DNA of 64,000 nucleotides. It comes from Bugula neritina (taxonomy: Eukaryota > Animalia > Bryozoa). The notes below the pieces were generated by a model. The model did no database searches and was not told the origin of the DNA. It was given only the letters and a program-made list of their open reading frames with translations. The position numbers were made by a program, and so were the translations under genes. This document shows, piece by piece, positions 25,325-37,700 of this stretch. Position 1 is the first letter of the stretch. Every line of letters begins with the position of its first letter. The DNA is taken from assembly GCA_964035545.1 (NCBI GenBank), contig OZ037772.1, positions 3,003,338 through 3,067,337 of the forward strand, given 5' to 3'.

Positions 25325-28295
25325 ATGATCCATTAAAATAGAACTAATAAAGCCAACGACGTTAATGGTATGTCTAACTAAACATGGCATGTCTCGTCTG
25401 GCAGTGGGTATGTGGAGGACCAGGCAACCTACGGCCGTCAACCCGTTACTGGCACAACTAGAAGAAGATACTAAAGAGAAGACAACAAAGTTGTCATGAA
25501 ATGCTACTTCAAAAGTACACCCAAATTGAGAGGTTATAGAAAAACAATGTATGAGCTCTGTAGACCCGGATCAAGGAATTATTTAAAAAGAATGTGCAAA
25601 CGCTGGAAAACAGAGGAGGGTTTAACATCAGCGAATAGAGACTAGCGGATTAAGCAAGAACTATGAAGAAACACAAGCATTTTATGGAAAAAGAACTCCA
25701 TAAGATTGAAGAAGGAACCTTGCAAGACCTAAGCACATCAATTGGTGAAGAAGATAATGAAGAGCTAAATTTGCAAATAGAGGATGTTATAGTACAACAT
25801 GAGATAGCATATAAATCAGCCATGAGAACTTTAAGAGTACGTAGTTCAGAGGTAGAAAAAGTGTTAGTAGAAAAAATATAAATGAGCATAGCAAACTATC
25901 TAATGATCGACCAACACTAAGAGCCCTTAGGCACATTGAGAGGGTCAAATTACTACAGGCAGCAAGACAGATCAATGAAGTATTAGACTGTGTTGAGATT
26001 ATTAATACCATTGAGCTCAATAACACCACCATGGCTTGTGCGAAAAATAGTAACAGAACAAGTGTGTAACAAAAAAGAAAAAGAAAAACGGACAATGTAC
26101 AAGTATGGAAAGTATGAAGAAGAATAAAGTATGCAGAAGAAATAAAAAGAAATTAGATCAGACTTGAGTAAAATAGTAGAGTGAAAAAAGTAGAGCTTAC
26201 AATGATTCATTGAGAAGAATGGTTGAAGGAAAATCTAGGATAAAAAACAAAGAGTATGGTGTAGTGATTGAAGAACTGAAGCAAAACCTGAGAGCTGTAA
26301 GCTAGAAGATAAACAGATATACAGAATGAGTTGACCAATATAACCAGAACAGGATGTTTACAATGATGAGCGCTTTTATAAAGAATTACGAGGAAATGAA
26401 TGTACATCTAAAGAGGCACCCGACAAGAAAAACAAAAGCATTCTGGTAAAATATATGGGGGTCAGGAAACTAAAAATAATACCAATGCAGAATGGCTATA
26501 CATAAAGTAAGCAACAAATTGGAGCATATGTAAAGACAAGGGAATTAGATCTTAGAAACAATGCAAACAACTGGAATGGCAATTAATGTCATAAGGTTGA
26601 TAAGAAAAAGCATGAAATTAGGAAAACACAACTGAAATACCTGGAAGAAAAGATAGGAGAAATAAAGATCAAACTAAGAATTTTTCAAGGAGACTCTTTA
26701 TCTCTATCCCTTTTCTCCAACTACCAATTCGCATGACAGAAGCGGCTCAATGATGCAAATTTCGACGAGGCAGAAAGCAAACCATCTTCTATATGTGAAT
26801 GACCTGAAGCTAAATAGGAAATCAAAGTCAGAACTGGAAGCTTTGGTAAACACTGCCAGGATCTTCACAAGGGACATAGAAATGAAATTTGAATTAAAAA
26901 ATGTGCCACACCGGTTATGAGAAAGGGAAAGAAAATCAAGGACACAGGAATCAGTTTGCCTGATGAACAAGCAATCAAAGATCTGGGTAAGAAGCCGTAT
27001 AAATATTTAGGATTTTTTGAGACTGATAGAATACAAATATATGAAATGAAAAATAAGATTATTGAGTACTATAAACAATTGAGAAAAGTTCTGGATTCAA
27101 AACTGAATGGTGAGAACACAATCAAAGCAATAAACACATGGGCAGTAACAGCAGTGCATTACACATCTAGAATACTTGACGGAACTGTTTCATGAGCTAA
27201 AAGATATGGACTGAAAGACAAGGAAGCTAATGACAACAAACCGTGCACCCCATCCAAGAGCAGATGTAGGCAGGCTGTATGTTAGCAGAAGAGAAGGCGG
27301 TAGAAGAATGGTGTCAACTGAAAAATGCATAAATATTGAAAACTGCAGCATGTCAGACTACATAAATAGAACATGGACTGATAAAAACACCACACTGAAT
27401 ACCTTCTTAAAAGACAAAACAGCGGTAGAACTAAATAATGATAAAGTGATAGAAAAAACTGATGAGTGGAAAGAAAAAGCTTTACGTGGACAATACATCA
27501 AAATGGTGGAAGACATGAAAGCATTTTCCTGGAACTGGTTGAAGTATGGTTGGCTGAAAAAGGAAACATAAAGACTGCTGACAGCTGCGCAAGATCAACT
27601 ATTCACTACTAGAAATTATAAAGTGGCTATGATGAAAGAACAGGGTAGCAAGAAGTGTGGAATGTGTAACGCAAGACACAAAACTTTGATGCATATATTG
27701 AGTGAATTTGAGAAGGTAGCACAAAAATAATATAAGAAAAGACACAACCTCGTGGCATCGATAACTTCAATAGTAGTTGTGTGAACTTCGTGGGTTTCAG
27801 AGAAGTAAGAATTGGTACGAACATCAAACAAAATCAGTACTGAAAAACGATAATGTAAAAACCTTGTAAGATTTTAACATACACACTGACATCAAAGTTA
27901 GGAGATCCGATATATTAGTAGTTGACAAGCATAATGCTGAAACAACGATAATTGATATCACAGTCCCTGTTGACTACAGAGTAGAAGAAAGAAAATTTGA
28001 AAAAATAGGAAAATATCAGAATTTAGCACTAGAATAAACCCGCCTTTGGAAAACACCAAAAAAGTCATCCCGTTGTAATTGGAGCCTTTGGAGCTTCATA
28101 CAAGATTGTAGACTGGCTGACACTACTTGAAGTAGCTGAAAACAAATGCTCCCTAATTCAGCAGACACCCTTACTAGGATCAGGATAAGCTCACATCTTG
28201 AGGAAAGTTCTATCCATTCCAGCCTAGTGTAACTAGGCCAATGGTAAAAGGTTACACCAGCTGAAAAACTGCGGTCAATCAACAATAATAATAAT
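25325..28295 (+). mobile_element. R4/Dong-clade non-LTR retrotransposon (RT + CCHC + restriction-like endonuclease), decayed and internally deleted
   Basis: Motifs: IFQGDSLS, NHLLYVNDLKL (degenerate YMDD), YKYLG, KLNGENTIKAINTWAV, HPRADVGRLYV.R.EGGR, WLK.G.LK.ET, C.MC..TLMHI.S, RHN.VA, DILVVDK...IIDITVP..KIGKYQNLA. Flanked by (TAA)n at 25297-25324 and 28284-28295. Confidence 0.9.
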
Positions 28296-29839
28296 ATACA
28301 ACTATATTAGTGCAGTTGGTTCTATTATATTAGATTAACATATCGATTATGACTTTTCGATTGCCACCCTGATACTATGAGCAAAATGTACAAGCATACG
28401 TGAAATTATAAATATGAGCATAGGTATAAAAATATGTATAAGTATAAATATAAATATAGGTACAAGTATAAAACGAATGATTATATTAAAAATAATATTA
28501 GTCAGTGACACATATAACCGTAATGGTTTTTAGACTTACAGTTATCATTAACATTAGCTGAGTAATATGATTAGTTAAAATAATGGTATGCATTATTATA
28601 TCATAGTTATAAGTTATAACTCTAGTCTCTAAAGAGCAACAGCAAGTGTAACTGGGATATTCATATTAAATTTCATATTCACATGGTGCAATGTTTATGT
28701 TATGAACTAATTTATTCCTTCAACAACATTTAACTACATAATTTATTAACACTAACTTTGAGCAGCAGTATTAATAAAAGAAGCGTATTACACATATAAG
28801 ATAATAAAATCCTTGTAGTAGGACTAATAGTAATATTAGGTCCAGTATTATTCTTGTTACCTTATTCATCATTTATGAGTTATCAAATTTAAAATTACTA
28901 CAAACTAATGTTTAATATTATTAAATTAAACTGAGTCTCATAAAAGTGTTACTAAGAATTTTAATTATAATCGCAATGGTGATCATATTACTTTATTATA
29001 ATTATTATATTTAATCATTAATGCTAAACTGAGTTAATGTATATACTTTGAGTTTTACTATTACTAATTATATTTACACTTATAGTAAAACTAAATATGC
29101 AAAAGTTATACTTATACTTTTACTATTAGTATTTCATTAGACTTACATCTAAGATTGCAGTCCTATTACTATTACCACGAATACTACTACTAACACTAGT
29201 ACTACTACTAGTACTAATACTAGTACTACTACTACTACTACTAGTACTACTACTAATACGTCTACTACTGTACTAGTACAACTACAAACTTTGAAAATAA
29301 CTGCAAGAGAGGTACGATTTAGTCTTTCTCTTTTTCTTAGTCTTACTGTGACTCTCAGTCGTAATGTAAAATAAAATTGTGAACTATAAAGTTAAACCCG
29401 AGGCCGAAATTTATTTATTTAAATTTAGACAATCTGAATCATTGGCTCAATCCTTGAGTTTGACTATTAGTCTTAGTATTAGTATTACTATTAGTGTTAC
29501 GATTGTGATTATCATTGGCATTATGATTATGTCATTATAATTTTGGTAATTCTAACATTAATCATAATCATAATATAAATGGTAATGATTAATGATAATT
29601 ATTTTTAGAAAACAAGTTACAGCTTAGCATGATTGAAATTCAGTAAAAATTAGTTTACCGACAGCGAACATGCACGCGTCTTGTCAACATTCAATTCGTA
29701 GTGCCATAGAGAAATCCAGATCACTGGTAGTACGACTACTTCAAATATTACTACCAGTAACGGATTACAGATCCTTGGCGATTTCAGCTGTGAGTGACCT
29801 TCACCTTACATTCTTGTCACGTGCGCGGCTTAAGACTTA

Positions 29840-30321
29840 AGCCCTGGCCACACGATCGTGAGAATGACACGAAACTCGTGTGACGATTATTCGTGAGTTA
29901 TCTTTTCGTATTGACCAGCCACATGATCGTTTAAACGAAAAGTCATTATGCCGAGATTGGTACCGCAAGTTTATATAAGTTATAAAGAAAAAATTTTCCC
30001 ATTTTTGTTATTTTTTTTGTATTTTATGTGTACATTTTTTTAGTTTTTGTTTATTGGTAAAGTTTTTAAAAACATTTTTTATGCATATAAAATTAAAAAA
30101 AAATTAAAACTCACTCATGCACGTAAATACAAAGCTATAAAGTTTAAGCTTCGCTGTGATTACCATGTGAATATGAATTGAATAATGCTTGCAATAGCTA
30201 TTTTACGAAAAATACTTTACAGTTGCTATAAATGTAAGACTAGTAAATTGGATGCAAATAGGCATAGTAATACTACTTAATTTATGATATTTTTGAAATT
30301 TGTAGTAATTATTTAGCGTGC

Positions 30322-30401
<80 letters not shown>

Positions 30402-30699
30402 ACTCTGATGGCAACAAGTCATTTTTATTAGTCCGCGAATGAGTCTTGCACGAGATACAAGCAGCAGAACATTGCCAAATAGAGAAACTTAGTAGAAATG
30501 AAATAATCACTGTTGCTAAAATTCTATTGACCAATCAAATGGTACTTATCGTCGATTGTGATTTTTCGTCCATCGTCATCGTTGTGCACACCCAACGATG
30601 ACGATTTCGTTTGAATTCCCTCAAATTTTCTCGTACGAATGTTTTTTTCGTGTCAAATAGACGATTTCGTGTGATTCTCACGATCGTGTGGCCAGGGCT
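29840..30699. mobile_element. PIF/Harbinger-type MITE with internal (TA)n
   Basis: 26-bp perfect TIR AGCCCTGGCCACACGATCGTGAGAAT / ATTCTCACGATCGTGTGGCCAGGGCT; 3-bp TSD TTA (29837-29839 and 30700-30702). Confidence 0.9.
30325..30398. repeat. (TA)n microsatellite inside the MITE
   Basis: Visible. Confidence 0.95.
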
Positions 30700-33600
30700 T
30701 TAGTAGAGGGTATAAAGCACTGAGCTGGAAAAGAAATATATTATAGGTAATATATTATGGTAATATAGGTAATATTATTGAGGTAATTGGTATAAAGTAT
30801 AGACCTATCACTGATAGTATCAGCTACCAGTTACTTAGTCTTACAGTTACTACTTTAACTTATAAATTACTACTCAACTGCTTGGAATCATTTGTCTTTG
30901 ATCATATTCATATTGATATTGGCATTGTCATTGTGATTGTAATAACTATTAATATTTTTAGTTCAACATCAATGCCGAACATATTGTAATAACTAATAAG
31001 ATAACCATAATGTTAATATATTTTGCTAATAGTTATAGTAATAGTAATTCAGTGTCACTCTCACTCTGTCACTGTCAGTGTGAGTGGTCGTGGACTGGTG
31101 GAGTGAGACTCAGACTTAGAGACAGAGTGACTCCGAGTAAGTCTGAGTGTTGGTAATAATAATAGTCATATAAATTTAAATTATATTTACTTATTACTGG
31201 CAATCACAATGGCAATAGTTATAGTAACTTTCACTTACTCTTAAATCATTGAATCTGAACTAAAAGTAAAATTAAGCATTATGATTATGATCATCATTAT
31301 GATTATTTATGATTATACCTATGATTTTATTATGTTTAAATTAAAAATTAATATCATGATAATATCATAGTGATGAACATAATGATAAATGATAATATAA
31401 AAGTAAATCGATAAAATATACATTGATTTTGAATCATGGTGATACTTATATTCGTACCGGTACTGATAGTGATAGTAATACTAATAGTAATAGTAATAGT
31501 CATTTAAATTTAAATAATATTTACTCATTACTGGCAATCACAACGGCAATAGTAACTTAAACTGTAACAGTAATGGTATGGGTATGTTTGAAATTGTCAC
31601 CATCAGTATTGCTATGAGTCAAAATATAATGCTATCATACCAATAATTTAAAATAGTATTACAAAGCTTCATTTGTAACTTTTACTTGTACCAATTTGGA
31701 ATTTTGAGTTATACATATTCTTAGTTAAAGTCTTCAAGTTTATTGTCAAAGTGAACTTGAAATTAAACACTCAGTGCCTCAGTGGTAAAAATTAAACTAA
31801 GACTGACTGTAAGTGACTAAAATTAAAAATAAGTAATTTTAAATATCGATTTAGTATTTTTCTTACTCTGTGTCTTAAAATTGATTTTTTTTTTCTATTT
31901 CTATTACTATTGCTATTAGTATAGTTGACTTAAATTTAATAATAGATATGATTATATCTTTATAAATGTGATCTTTGATTTTATGAATAGTAATTCGAAA
32001 ACTCTTTGTTATTATTTATTTTTGATCATTGTAGTTATTATCATTATATTTGTATAATAATTATGATTATCAACTTCAATATCGATATTTGTATCATGAT
32101 ATGGATATCTGCCTCCATCCCATGTTCCATCCCATGTTCTATTTTGCAGTGCCTTTTTACATTCCTGTCTAGGTTCACATTGCGATGGTCATACTGATAG
32201 CACTTGGGGATAGTGAGGAGCATAATGATTATCACTAATATTAAGATTATCGTTATTAGGATTTAGAATAATTTAATAAACAAGCAACTTAAAGCAAATG
32301 TTTTTACTAATACAGATATTAATTAATAATATAAATATAATACTATGAATATTATAATTATTATACTTTACAATTCAAAGTAAGATAATCATAATACGAA
32401 CTGGTAAAACTAAATATAAAGTAAACGTAATAATACTAATAGTAGTTATTCATTCTTCTTTGGTTTCACATACTAGTAATTGGAAACCTCTGTCCTAATA
32501 TTATTTCTATTATTATTGCTCAAAGTTTGATCCCCACTTAATTTTATAGTTCACTCACCAGCTACATAATTTTATTAAAATACATGTGGTATTAGTTATA
32601 GTAATAGTGAAACTTGAAGTTGAATAGCATGCTTATTACTCACTGCTTTTTGCTTACATTATTAGGGTTACTCTTTAGTCTTAGAGATACCCTAACATAA
32701 ACTTGAAAGCTGGAGGTAGTACTAGTCTGGTGCTGTGTTAATTCTACACTGTTGACTTATCAACACTGTGACTATAATTATGACTCCTAAGTCAAAGTCA
32801 TTTTCATATAGTAGTAATCACTATGACAGACTGAAAGTCAGGATGATTAAATATAATGATGAAGTGTGTAAGAATAAATCATAATTCTTCAATTATAAAG
32901 ATAAATGGATAAAAATTGCAATCATAGTTTAATGTGCCTATTTTAAGCTGTCAATTTAATTACTATAATATAAGTGCCCAAAGTACAACTTTTGATTTTC
33001 ATAATTATGTTTTAATTTAATACAGATACCATAGTATCATATACGGTAGAATCAGTTGTATCTTATTTAATAATAAAATAACTTTTTGCAGCTTTCACAG
33101 TTATTAATTATTCACTTGTTAGTCTTTGAACTAGGACAATGTTAGAAACTTGAAGTAGAATGAAGTTTGATTTCAGTTACCGCAATGGTATCTGCAGTCA
33201 CAATAGGGATATGCATATAACTATGTTTATATTTGTGAAAAATATATAGTCAAAACTAGATAAGGTAATAGTAATTATAGTTAGTTTCACTTTTAATATA
33301 TTCCTATAAACTGGGAAATAGACAGAAGCATTTAATCATGAAAGTAAACCTAATGGAAGTAAATCAATTCACTAAGTATAGTAAAATATTTACTATTCAG
33401 TGAGTTTATTTACTTTAGTTAATTGTACTTGATTATTTCTGTTGGTTTTTCAGTTGGTTTTTCTGCCTTTTGCTATAGCATATCAAACTACCACAAAGTC
33501 ATGCTTCAATATTACAATGTTAAACATAGTGTTACTGTGTAATGTTATCGTAATGTGATACTAATATTTGGATCATTGTAAGTGTTTCTGTTGTTGTACT

Positions 33601-34466
33601 GATTGATAAATATTTTTTAGCTTGCATGGATATTTAATACCATCAAGGTGTCATTTGAACCGGGACTGGAATAAAGATGGCAAATCGAGAAGCTAGCTAC
33701 AATTCTTCTGCAGAAAGAAACTTGGTAAGCAATAATAAGCTGCAGCATAAAGCAGTAAGCAAAATGGAGATGAATTTTGCTTGATTTTGATTGACCTTAA
33801 AATGTCTGGTCACCTTTTACCGCCGTGGTCCTGCGCGGTTGGCGGGTGACCTTAAAATGTCTGATGCACGTAAAATAAATTTTGTGACAGTCTAAAGTAT
33901 GCTGATCTTTTTTGTATTTCAATGCATCGGTGTCTTAGCTTAAGAGCTGAACCCAACAATTTTGATTTAAAGCTGTTTTTTACGAGAAAGTGATTTTACT
34001 GTCTTTCTGATTATTCTTGGTTTTTCAGCTTGATGAATTGAATAAATGGAATTGATTTTGGATATTATGTAATGGATGAAAGAAATTTTTCTTAAATTTG
34101 TACTGAGCAATTTTTGCTATGGCTATGATGTTTAGTGATAAAATTGCACCCTTAATAACCCTGAAAACTTTCATTACTAGCATTTGTTTATGTTCATTTT
34201 TAGGAAATTAAAACGAAGACACAACTCACCGATGCTATCTCACTGTGCCTGCATGCAGCTTATCTAAAAAGGTACTCCTATTAGCTGGCTCTTGCCCAAT
34301 ACCTGGTTGTCTCTGTAACTATTTTTTGCTCGCAGATGAGTTTTTTGAACTTGACATTTTATTGATTTTGAACGTTATAGTGAGCTTTGAACTTGCTAGC
34401 ATCGTTTTTAAAGACTTGCTGCAGTTTTTATCAACATTTTTTAAGTCAATGGTGTTAGTTTGGAAG

Positions 34467-34738
34467 CTCTCTCACTCCTCTCTCTGTCTCTTTCTCCCAC
34501 ACCTTCCACTCAACCTCTCTCTCTTTCTCTCCCTCTCTCCCACCCTCCCTCTCTCCCACCTTCTCCCTCTCTCTCCCACTCTCTGTCTTTCCCACCTTCT
34601 CTCTCTCCTAACCTTACTCTCCTCCCTTTTCCACTATCTCTCTGACTCTCTCCCTTTCTCTCTTCTACCCCATCTCTCTTCCATCCTCTCTCCTAACCTT
34701 TCTCTCCCACCCCCCTCTCCCACTCTCTTTCTCTCTCT
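34467..34738. repeat. Polypyrimidine (CT-rich) degenerate microsatellite
   Basis: About 270 bp, almost only C/T on +. Confidence 0.9.
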
Positions 34739-37700
34739 AGTTTGCATGGCTTTACCCAATTTTGGTTTATTTTTTTATTTTGTTTCAGAGTATCCAAAAG
34801 GAAAGCTAAAATTTATTTAATATATATTATACTAACTTGAGCTTTACATATAACATCAAATAAATGCTGTGTTTTGTTAAAACAATGTTTGCAACTTTGT
34901 AGTATATTCAAATTCATAATTTATTTGTAGAGTCACACAACAAGACACTACTCTGACACACTCACAAGTTGCCACTGATCCAGCAGTATAGATGATTGTT
35001 TTCTCCACTGGCTATGCTGTCACGCTTTACTGATGTGGTGTTTGAAACAATCCAATTGTTTGCCTACGCAGATTAGGGTGAGAAAAAAAGTGAGAAATGA
35101 AAGCTGTTTTTAACACCAACTACACTTAGTTTTTATTGAATGAAAAACAAAGTGAAATCATTAGTTATCAGTTAAATGACTAAATCACTGTTTATAAAGA
35201 TGAAACACAAATAATCTTATAATATGCTAATGAAATTTGGCTTTCAAATAGCTTTTTTCTGTATATTTGTTGAGGAAGTTTATCTTCAACAAAACTTCGT
35301 AGCTGTTGAATATGTGGAGAGTATTTTATGTTGCATAAATTTATAGAGTAAAAGGTTCTCATCAAACTTTTACAACTTAGCTCATCTACGGTTTAAAAGT
35401 GTGAGTCACCCTTCACACTAGAGTTTTATAAAGTTTTAATGAATGTGCAGTATTTCATAAAATATTGTGTGTCTCGTAAATTTAGCTATTTATACCTTTT
35501 CAGTGAGATTGGAGTAAACACACCTCAAAATTCACATCTGGTATCACATTGATCTATCGCAAGTCAAAGTACACCTACTAACTCGTCCTTCCTTAATACC
35601 TGCTTGCTTTTGCACTTCTACTCATTTCATATACGTAACATTTCTCTTGCAGATGAATTACATCTTTTAAGTTGTAAAAGCCTTAAATAGCATGAAATTA
35701 ATGAGGTTTAAACCGTGGCCACACTAACTATTGATGCGTTTATTGATGGGTTAAATTACACGAAAATATTGTCTCTTTCTTTTTAGTTTCACCTAAAGTA
35801 TTACATACTATTGATGGAGGCTTTGCTGAAGTTATTGGGTGATGATTTGTCAATACTTTTCCAGAGAAGATGATGCCACATTGGCTGGCGTCATTATGCA
35901 GTTTCCAAATTTCTTTCGGGTTTGCTCTAGTGAAAATGTTGGAAAACAATCAACAAAAAGGTTTGTACCATAAACGAAGTTATTGTGTGCATGTTGCCAA
36001 AGCATAAAGTGTGCCGGACATTTTTAAGTTTCTGTTGAGTTGCGTTGATGCTTTTCCTGCATGAAAAAAGTTCCAGTTTCAGTTAATATCACTTGCCGAG
36101 TACCCACCTATGTTTTAAATCATATTGATGTATTGATGCATAAGTTCTTTTTGTAATATTAAAAGTATAACTTGCCAAATTGCTATTCAATGCCCATTGA
36201 AGTTTCCAACTGTAATTAATTAGTTGATTTGGCAGCATAGTATCGATGATTGATGAAGGCAGCCGATATAATTATAAGCATAAATATCTATATCTACATG
36301 AAGATGTCATTCCCAATGATTGTTATTCTGAAATCAGCTGATTAAGTTATCACAAACTAAACATTTTGACCAGCGGCTTTTACAATGCAACTCGGTGAAA
36401 TTTTAGACCTAGATGAATTGAATTTCTTACTGAAAATCGTGAAGGTATTAAAGTTTAAAGTGAAAGTTTAAAGGGTCATCTCTCTGCGAATTCTAATAGC
36501 ATGGTGCCAATTAGACTTGAAAAAATTTCAAGGCACTATAAAGCACTAAGCCCATTCTTACAAGTAGTTTCAAAGTGCACTGGAATTTCAGTTTACTTGT
36601 CATTGTATAGAATCCTGATCTACACTATATAGCATTCACTATTGCCTGCTTCTTCTAAGCATCTATAATGTATTAACTACAGTTTGCTTTGAGAAGTGAA
36701 TTTCTACTTGGTATTTTTTCCTTATCGTTCTGTTGTTTGCCAGTAGTCTTAATTTAATGGATTTTCCCTTTTCAAAAGTGGTTGTGACGATCAAAACACA
36801 TCATGCAGCCTGCAACTACACAATCAGTCAGTAATTTCTTCCATTAAAGTAGCTCTTCTGGTTACTCTTGCTCACCTAAAAGCCTGAGCCTCATTCAAAT
36901 TGCAAGTTTTTAGAGTTGTTAATTTTTCATGCAATCTTTCATTTTCTTTTGTTAGGCACAAAATTAGTATTCACTAGACCTAATCTTTCATCTGCATGTA
37001 TGCCTATTGTTTGTTCATTAAAGAAAAACCTCTGCTGAATATTGAACTAATAATGAAAACGAATTCCCTAAACTAAAAGTAGCAGTGTGATTTTGGTATT
37101 ACAATCAGTTGTTAGCATAGAGTCAAGTTATTGACAGGAATTTTCAAATTGAAATGAATGAATTTCATTGTAAGTCAGCAAGATTTAGTCTAAGTAAACA
37201 TAGCATTACATCATGTTCTTATTTAACATTGGTAGAAGGCAACATTTATTTTAAGGACTGTTGTAAACTTAAATGTAATTTTAGGTACTTTCCATGTTTG
37301 TTATTGTAGATGGTCTTGTTCTTTGGAATGGATGTGACAACTCCTTGTGTCAAACTTAACTGATTGACTACTGAATCCCAATCATGTTTTGCCAAAAAAT
37401 GTGAAAATGGAGTGCATGTCTACTTTATTTGAGAAAATATTAAAAATTCTTTCGAAACTTCATCTAGCCAAACAATACAACAGTTTCATTTTATTAAAAA
37501 ACATCATTTGCCCAAAATGTATTATGTAATCGAACAATTTCTAGAAAAAAAAGTGCTTTCCTCCAGTTTTGCTAATGAATTACATATTTCATTACATGCT
37601 TGTCTTTATAATTTTATTAATTGTTTTTTCTGGTGAGTCAATTAAAGTCAATTCAACCTCGAAAAGTCTGAATTTCAGACCTAATTTCAAGCTAGAATAT

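Larger units (their letters stand above)
28296..33600. repeat. AT-rich low-complexity domain with cryptic 6-bp periodicity (also about 24500-25320)
   Basis: E.g. ATAAAT ATGAGC ATAGGT ATAAAA ATATGT ATAAGT (about 28408); ATTAGT ATTACT ATTAGT GTTACG ATTGTG ATTATC ATTGGC (about 29478); (TAC)n at 29180-29285. Confidence 0.7.

Noticed and set aside
25380-25465. HDV-like self-cleaving ribozyme at the 5' end of the R4/Dong element
   Set aside because: Such ribozymes occur in some RLE elements, but I could not assemble the P1-P4 nested pseudoknot from this degraded copy. An Infernal or RNAMotif search would be needed.
34245-34820. 191-aa Leu/Ser/Pro-rich ORF
   Set aside because: Derived from the CT-rich microsatellite; non-ATG start; no domain.
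35700-36900. Possible degraded DNA-transposase sequence
   Set aside because: Composition looks coding-like, but I could not recover any catalytic motif or termini.
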